DNA of 64,000 nt from Candidatus Uhrbacteria bacterium (lineage in GTDB: Bacteria > Patescibacteriota > Patescibacteriia > UBA9934 > UBA10169), in NCBI GenBank assembly GCA_016187485.1, contig JACPJO010000002.1, forward strand, positions 27,912-91,911. The letters run 5' to 3'. The translations under genes were made by a program, and so were the position numbers. This document shows positions 56,687 through 64,000 of the stretch, in pieces (the stretch's first letter is position 1; every line of letters starts with the position of its first letter). The notes beneath the pieces are model-generated. The model was not told the DNA's origin. It saw only the letters and a list, made by a program, of their open reading frames with translations, and searched no databases.

Positions 56687-57220
56687 CTAACAGTGTTCTT
56701 CTACGGTAAATACTCGGATCCACCGTGCGTGACGGGATTTTCGAAAGAGGTCTGTGATGGGTTCTGCGGCGTCAAAAGGGGAAATCCACACGCTTCTTTG
56801 TATTGGCATGAATCCGGCAGATTCAAGGAAACCACGCAGAAGCTTTCGGAGAGATCGGTGCGACTCTGGAATATCAAATACCACCATACACATTTTTTCT
56901 TCCGGGAGGAGGTCGGCATCGAAGACGCGGAGCCGGAAAATTTCTTGCCACCCCTTTTCTGTAATGGCCACCTCATATTTTTTAGCGGCACGCCGTGTTT
57001 TGATAAATCGTAATCGGCGAAGCCGGTCTAATGCTTGCTGTCGAGCCTTTCTTTTTGCCCGGGCATGGGCAATATGTAGTCCGTCGTAACCGTAGTAGTT
57101 GAGTGTGCGCCGCCCTTGTCGGCTCATCAACAAAAAGTAAGCTTCTCCCAAGTGAGAGAGTTCAGAAAGTATTCGTGCGGTCTCCGACCGATCTTTCAGG
57201 TGATAGAGCCGTGAGAGCAT
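56687..57220 (-). CDS. PaaX-like / Cas2-fold-like small regulator (wHTH plus VFDIPE motif domain)
   Basis: The probable start is MLSRLYHL. The ORF-track start at 57286 would read through the 44-bp palindrome. The N-terminal region is winged-helix-like. The central MVVFDIPESHRSLRKLLRGFLESAGFMPIQRSVWISP resembles the PaaX middle domain and the Cas2/VapD beta-alpha-beta core. Confidence 0.4.
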   Translation of the reverse strand: MLSRLYHLKDRSETARILSELSHLGEAYFLLMSRQGRRTLNYYGYDGLHIAHARAKRKARQQALDRLRRLRFIKTRRAAKKYEVAITEKGWQEIFRLRVFDADLLPEEKMCMVVFDIPESHRSLRKLLRGFLESAGFMPIQRSVWISPFDAAEPITDLFRKSRHARWIRVFTVEEHC

Positions 57221-57236
57221 ATTTGCGTAGATTCGA

Positions 57237-57280
57237 TCGAACCTCACACAAGGGCCGATCGGCCCTTGTGTGAGGTTCGA
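57237..57280. repeat. Perfect 44-bp palindrome TCGAACCTCACACAAGGGCCGA|TCGGCCCTTGTGTGAGGTTCGA
   Basis: Read directly from the sequence. An imperfect copy of the core (CCTCACACAAGTGCCGATCGGCCCTTGCATGAAG) lies at 56647..56680, immediately after the stop of the same gene. Confidence 0.9.
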
Positions 57281-57310
57281 ATACAATTGAAGAAACTATA
57301 TCAGGTATTC

Positions 57311-57397
57311 CTTCACGTGTTGAGCAGAGACCGAAACATCTTCACGTGTTGAGCAGAGACCAAAACATCTTTACGTGTTGAGCAGAAACACAAAATC
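57311..57397. repeat. Three tandem, spacer-less 29-bp direct repeats (CTTCACGTGTTGAGCAGAGACCGAAACAT, then x2 variants)
   Basis: Copies at 57311-57339, 57340-57368 and 57369-57397. The third is the most diverged. Each contains the CACGTG palindrome. An A-rich tract follows. Confidence 0.85.
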
Positions 57398-57594
57398 CTG
57401 CTTGAGCAAAAATAAAAAACACCCCGCTTGGACGGAGAATCCTTTACCTCTCGACTTCATGCACTCGACAAACGTACAGACTTTACTCAATCTATTCGAC
57501 GAGCTTTGCTTCTCGCGGTCGAAGAACATGACCCATCGACGAGCTCAGGGTCATACTGAGTTTATCGAAGCATGAGCGAGCAAAGCGAGTCGAA

Positions 57595-57671
57595 TGGTGG
57601 GCGGCACAAGAGTCGAACTTGTGACCTTCACAATGTCAATGTGACGCTCTAACCAACTGAGCTAGCCGCCC
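57595..57671 (-). tRNA. tRNA-Val (anticodon GAC), CCA encoded
   Basis: Reverse complement GGGCGGC TA GCTC AGTTGGTTA GAGC G TCACA TTGACAT TGTGA ... GCCGCCC A CCA. Confidence 0.85.
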
Positions 57672-57789
57672 CTTTATATTTTTCAAACGAACGCGCCGAT
57701 CGTACCAGCACGATTGACGATTGTAAAGATTTCCCCTAAAGTCGCAAAACCGGCCTTTCACAACTACTTCGGTCCTTGCGACCGAACAG

Positions 57790-60225
<2,436 letters not shown>

Positions 60226-60254
60226 CTCGCATCTGCGTGATCGTTCTTCTCTAC

Positions 60255-60803
60255 TCAACCGGCTTCCCCGGTTGTTTCGTTTTCTATCTCAATAATGGTC
60301 ACGGGAACATCATTCCAGTTGAATTGGGCTTTGAATGTTGCGTTTTCGTTACCCCCCACCCACACACGCCAATTCATAGTCGGAAGCAATCTGGCACATT
60401 CATCTGATTTCCCTGGCGTTGTATCGAAGAAAAGGAGGATTTCATTCTTATCTTCACTTACTTTTGATGTCACATGTCGATCAATGCACGTGCCATCGAT
60501 AGGGATAGAACCTTCCAGATAATGTTGCTTCTTATCAGCTTGCCACAAATGCTTCAATATAATCTCACTTGGGTGGTACAACGACTGGTAGTTCTCTGGG
60601 GCCGGGGGAGGGAAGGGGGCCTTTTGGGCTGGTTTCGGTTCGGGCTTCCAGATAGTGAAGTTGAATATGATGATCAAAACAGCAAGACAAATAAGGATGA
60701 GGCGGAAAATTACTTGGGGCGTTGGTCGTGTCATATTGAGAAAGAGTGTATTACAGGAAGACACATGTGGCAAAACAAAAACCTGTTTTCCACAGATTTC
60801 CAC
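60255..60803 (-). CDS. Hypothetical membrane-anchored protein
   Basis: An alternative start at the internal Met (MTRPTPQVIFRLILICLAVLIIIF, TM anchor). Pro-rich linker, then a small globular region. The gene is lower in GC than its surroundings. Confidence 0.4.
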   Translation of the reverse strand: MEICGKQVFVLPHVSSCNTLFLNMTRPTPQVIFRLILICLAVLIIIFNFTIWKPEPKPAQKAPFPPPAPENYQSLYHPSEIILKHLWQADKKQHYLEGSIPIDGTCIDRHVTSKVSEDKNEILLFFDTTPGKSDECARLLPTMNWRVWVGGNENATFKAQFNWNDVPVTIIEIENETTGEAG

Positions 60804-60993
60804 AGTCGAAACTCACGTGTTTTTTAGGGTCGTGCTATACTCCCTCCATACAACATAGGTACCTATGCATCTAACGAATGCAGTCTATTCAGTGTATTTT
60901 ACGTCGTAAGTCGATACGGCGGCCTTTTGTTAAGTAATTTTAAAATCGAAGTCGCTCATATACGCGTATAGCGAGTTCGAGAACATGTGAATT

Positions 60994-63900
60994 ATGAGTC
61001 AATACGTTAAATCAGTACTTTACGGGAAGGGAGGATGGCTGGCGCTTACGACGGTTACGGCCGTCGTGCTTGCCGCCACGGTGTCCCTTGTGACCCAGAC
61101 GACGCTGTTTTCAAGAGCGGCGATCTCTGGCCTCACGGTGGATCCGCTTATTACGACAGCGAACCGCGGTATCGTGGCAAGTTCACTGCAAGTTCCGGTG
61201 GTCGGGATTGATGTAGTTGGAAGCGCGGGAGAGTCTATTGATTACGTAGATGTCTCTGTTGATGATGCAGGCGGTGGCGAGTTTACCTACGCTACTGATC
61301 TTGCTGCTCTGGCTTCTGGTGTGAATGAGGCCTCAGGTGTTGCGCTCTATGTTGACGACGGAAGCTCATCTGGCCAGTTTGATTCCACAGATAGCATTGT
61401 GAGTTCATCTGCACTGGAAGACAACGGCGCTGGTGAAGTGCGTGTAAACGTCACCGCATCGCTCCCCGCGAATGACACGGGGGCAAACAGCGGCGATGAC
61501 TTTTATATTGTCATTCGATCTGGTGCCGATGACGCTGACACGGATGCCGGGGATGACTTTGATGTCAAAGTAGACAACGGTGACCTCGTGTTTAGCGACG
61601 CAAGCACGAATGGTGCAGAGGTTGCAGACACAACGAACCTTATCTTTGACCCGACGGCTCCGACTGTCTCAAGCCGAACGACTGTTGATGCCGATGATGA
61701 TGGATTTATCGATGCGGTGGATGTCGTGTTTACAGATGCGCAGTCGAGCGGGTTGAATGATGATTTCTCCGGTTTGACGATTGACGTTGCTGGTTACTCC
61801 GGCGAGTCAGTCGGGACGGGGAGTACGTCGGGTGACCTTACTATTCGTGTAACAGTGACAGAGCAAACATCCCCAAACTTCGATACGGATGCGATCCCGA
61901 CTGTACAAGTGACGGCAAACACGACACTTTCAGATCTCACTGTTGGCCGCGTCCGTGAAACGACATCAAGTAGCATTACTACATCAAACGGAAACTTACA
62001 CGCGACAGGCGCCGCAGTAGCTTCAACAGATGGGGCTGCGCCTGCCATTGTGGGTGTCGCGACAGATGATACGGATGGCAACGGCACGGTGGATCGGGTG
62101 ACGCTAACATTCTCCGAGCCCATTGATACCGTTGACTCTGGTGGTGCTGTAGACGGGTTTAATGCGTTGGAGGGTCTGGAAAATAGTTGTGCGATTGCCA
62201 ACCAAGATCTTAGCGCTAGCGACGATACAGAGTCCATGGATATTACAGTGTCTAGCTGTACTGCGGGCGATACAGCCATCACCACAACGATTAACTATGA
62301 ACAGGATGGCGCTTCGACGATCTTTGATAATGCTGCAAGTCCAATTGAAATGGAGGATGAAGAGACGACAACGAATGAACGTGATAACGCTCCGCCGGCC
62401 ATCCTTAGTTCAACCACGGACGATACGGATGGCGATGGTACCGTAAATCGCGTCACGCTCGCCTTCTCCGAGACCGTTGATATTGCTGATGGGAACGCGG
62501 GAGACGGCTTTAATGGTCTTGAGGGACTCGAGAATAGCTGTACGATTGCCAACCAAGACTTGGCTTCCAACAGTGTATCCTCCATCGCCATTACCGTTTC
62601 CGGCTGTACAGCTAGCGATACCTCTATTACCACAACGATCAATTACGAACAGGATGGTACGAACACTATTCTTGATGAGTCTGCGTCTGCAAACGAGATG
62701 GATGATGAGGAAGCATCTGGTTCAGAGGTTGACGGTGCCCCGCCTGCGATTCTTTCTATCACGACCGATGACACCTCCGGAGACGGTACAGTGGATCAAC
62801 TGACCGTGGCCTACTCGGAACAGGTGGATATTGTGGACACCAACGCTGGTGCAGACGGTTTCCCTGGTTTTGACGGCGTTACGGACTCCTGTGCCATCAG
62901 CAACCAAGATGAAACGGCAAGCAATGTTACGTCTTCAGTACTTACGGTAGGAAGCTGTACGGCGAGCGATACGTCCATATTAGTAGAACTTTCGTACAAC
63001 TCCGGCGACGCCAACACAAGCATTATTGATAATGCCTCCGTTGAGATGGATGATAACGAAACGGTAGCGACCGGTACCGATGGTGCTCCCCCAGCCATTC
63101 TTTCCATCACCACAGATGACACCTCCGGAGACGGTACAGTGGATCAACTTACCGTGGCCTACTCCGAACAAGTTGATATTGTGGATACAGGAACAGGCAC
63201 AGACGGCTTTGGCGGCTTCGATGGCCTCACGGACTCCTGTGCCATCAGCAACCAAGATGAGACGGCGAGTAATACGACATCTTCGGTTCTCACTGTTGCA
63301 AGCTGTACGGCGAGCGACACGTCCATCCTCGTAGAGCTTGCCTACAATGCAGGCGATGCAACAACAAGCATTATCGACAATGCTTCCGTGCAGATGGATG
63401 ATGATGAGACGATCGCTACAGGTATTGATGGGGCTCCGCCGGCGATTCTCTCGTCGACCTCTGATGACACGAATGGGAACGGCAACGTGGACCAGATTAT
63501 TCTGGTGTACTCCGAGCAAGTAGACATCACAGATGGTGCCGCCGGGGATGCGTTTCCAGGTGTCACGTTCTCGGACAGCTGTGTTGCGGCCAATGCAGAT
63601 TATGCGGCAAATAACGCCACAAGCAGCACGATTACTGTTTCCAGCTGTACATCAAACGACACATCTATCACGGTTGATCCCACCTATGCGGCCGCCTCTG
63701 GGCAGATCCAAGACAACGCAGCAACTCCGGTGGAGATGGACAACGGAGAGACAGTGACAGGTATAGATAACGCTCCGCCCGCCTTTATCTCGTCGACCTC
63801 CGATGACACGGATGGAAACGGCAACGTGGACCAGATCACCATCGTTTACTCCGAAGCTGTAGACATCACGGATGGTTCTGGTGCCGATGCTTTCCCAGGC

Positions 63901-64000
63901 GTGACGTTCTCGGACAGCTGTGTGGCGGCTAATGCGGACTATGCGGCGAACAATGCCACAAGTTCGACAATCACTGTTGCAAGCTGTACCTCAAATGATA
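60994..64000 (+). CDS. Giant cell-surface repeat protein (5' partial; over 1000 aa in window) with tandem about 105-aa repeats carrying DxDGDGTVD calcium-binding-like loops and paired Cys
   Basis: An ATG at 60994 follows an in-frame TGA. The N-terminal TM/signal is WLALTTVTAVVLAATVSLV. I hand-translated the frame with no stop through the window end; it is missing from the ORF track, presumably because it has no stop in the window. At least seven repeats of the form DGAPPAILS.TTDDT.GDGTVD..T..YSE.VDI.D....DGF.G..G...SC.I.NQD..A....SS....SCTASDTSI......Y....D..T.I.DNAS.EMDD.ET. Confidence 0.6.
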   Translation, partial: MSQYVKSVLYGKGGWLALTTVTAVVLAATVSLVTQTTLFSRAAISGLTVDPLITTANRGIVASSLQVPVVGIDVVGSAGESIDYVDVSVDDAGGGEFTYATDLAALASGVNEASGVALYVDDGSSSGQFDSTDSIVSSSALEDNGAGEVRVNVTASLPANDTGANSGDDFYIVIRSGADDADTDAGDDFDVKVDNGDLVFSDASTNGAEVADTTNLIFDPTAPTVSSRTTVDADDDGFIDAVDVVFTDAQSSGLNDDFSGLTIDVAGYSGESVGTGSTSGDLTIRVTVTEQTSPNFDTDAIPTVQVTANTTLSDLTVGRVRETTSSSITTSNGNLHATGAAVASTDGAAPAIVGVATDDTDGNGTVDRVTLTFSEPIDTVDSGGAVDGFNALEGLENSCAIANQDLSASDDTESMDITVSSCTAGDTAITTTINYEQDGASTIFDNAASPIEMEDEETTTNERDNAPPAILSSTTDDTDGDGTVNRVTLAFSETVDIADGNAGDGFNGLEGLENSCTIANQDLASNSVSSIAITVSGCTASDTSITTTINYEQDGTNTILDESASANEMDDEEASGSEVDGAPPAILSITTDDTSGDGTVDQLTVAYSEQVDIVDTNAGADGFPGFDGVTDSCAISNQDETASNVTSSVLTVGSCTASDTSILVELSYNSGDANTSIIDNASVEMDDNETVATGTDGAPPAILSITTDDTSGDGTVDQLTVAYSEQVDIVDTGTGTDGFGGFDGLTDSCAISNQDETASNTTSSVLTVASCTASDTSILVELAYNAGDATTSIIDNASVQMDDDETIATGIDGAPPAILSSTSDDTNGNGNVDQIILVYSEQVDITDGAAGDAFPGVTFSDSCVAANADYAANNATSSTITVSSCTSNDTSITVDPTYAAASGQIQDNAATPVEMDNGETVTGIDNAPPAFISSTSDDTDGNGNVDQITIVYSEAVDITDGSGADAFPGVTFSDSCVAANADYAANNATSSTITVASCTSND

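Noticed and set aside
57311-57397. Possible CRISPR array
   Set aside because: The three 29-bp repeats directly abut with no spacers, and no cas genes other than a Cas2-fold-like regulator are nearby. This is a tandem repeat, not a CRISPR array.
61794-63593. Series of 80-180-aa minus-strand ORFs and short plus-strand ORFs
   Set aside because: All lie inside and antisense to, or out of frame with, the giant plus-strand repeat-protein frame that begins at 60994. They are compositional shadows.

Overview
This 64-kb window reads as a gene-dense bacterial chromosome segment with a streamlined, Candidate-Phyla-Radiation-like flavour. That placement is my inference and is not verified. What the sequence supports:
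- A 23S-5S rRNA locus with no 16S in the window.
- Three intervening sequences in the 23S gene, two of which carry LAGLIDADG homing-endonuclease ORFs.
- Nine tRNAs, including one with an encoded UAU anticodon.
- An RNase P RNA lying in an otherwise empty-looking gap.
- Housekeeping genes: ruvB, ruvA, ileS, trpS, rnj, uvrA, rplS, secG, gmk, an RluA-family pseudouridine synthase, a CCA-adding enzyme and a FemAB-like protein.
- A non-oxidative pentose-phosphate block (split transketolase, rpe, rpiB) next to a kinase / aldolase-like / kinase trio.
- A cell-envelope glycan locus: a WbaP-like initiating transferase, three GT4 glycosyltransferases, an LCP-family protein, a TrmB-like regulator, and two very large membrane-anchored extracytoplasmic proteins.
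- Several unusual cysteine-rich or repeat proteins: a cytoplasmic 577-aa protein built of CxxC modules, a DsbA-like gene coupled to a Cys-rich two-TM pilin-like protein, a MopE-type CDGxDNDCDG-repeat lipoprotein, and a giant tandem-repeat surface protein that runs off the window end.

The most unusual non-coding structure lies between cca and tRNA-Val. It holds a small PaaX/Cas2-fold-like gene bracketed by a perfect 44-bp palindrome and a degenerate copy, followed by three spacer-less 29-bp tandem repeats. All functional calls come from motif recognition by eye. I ran no database searches.
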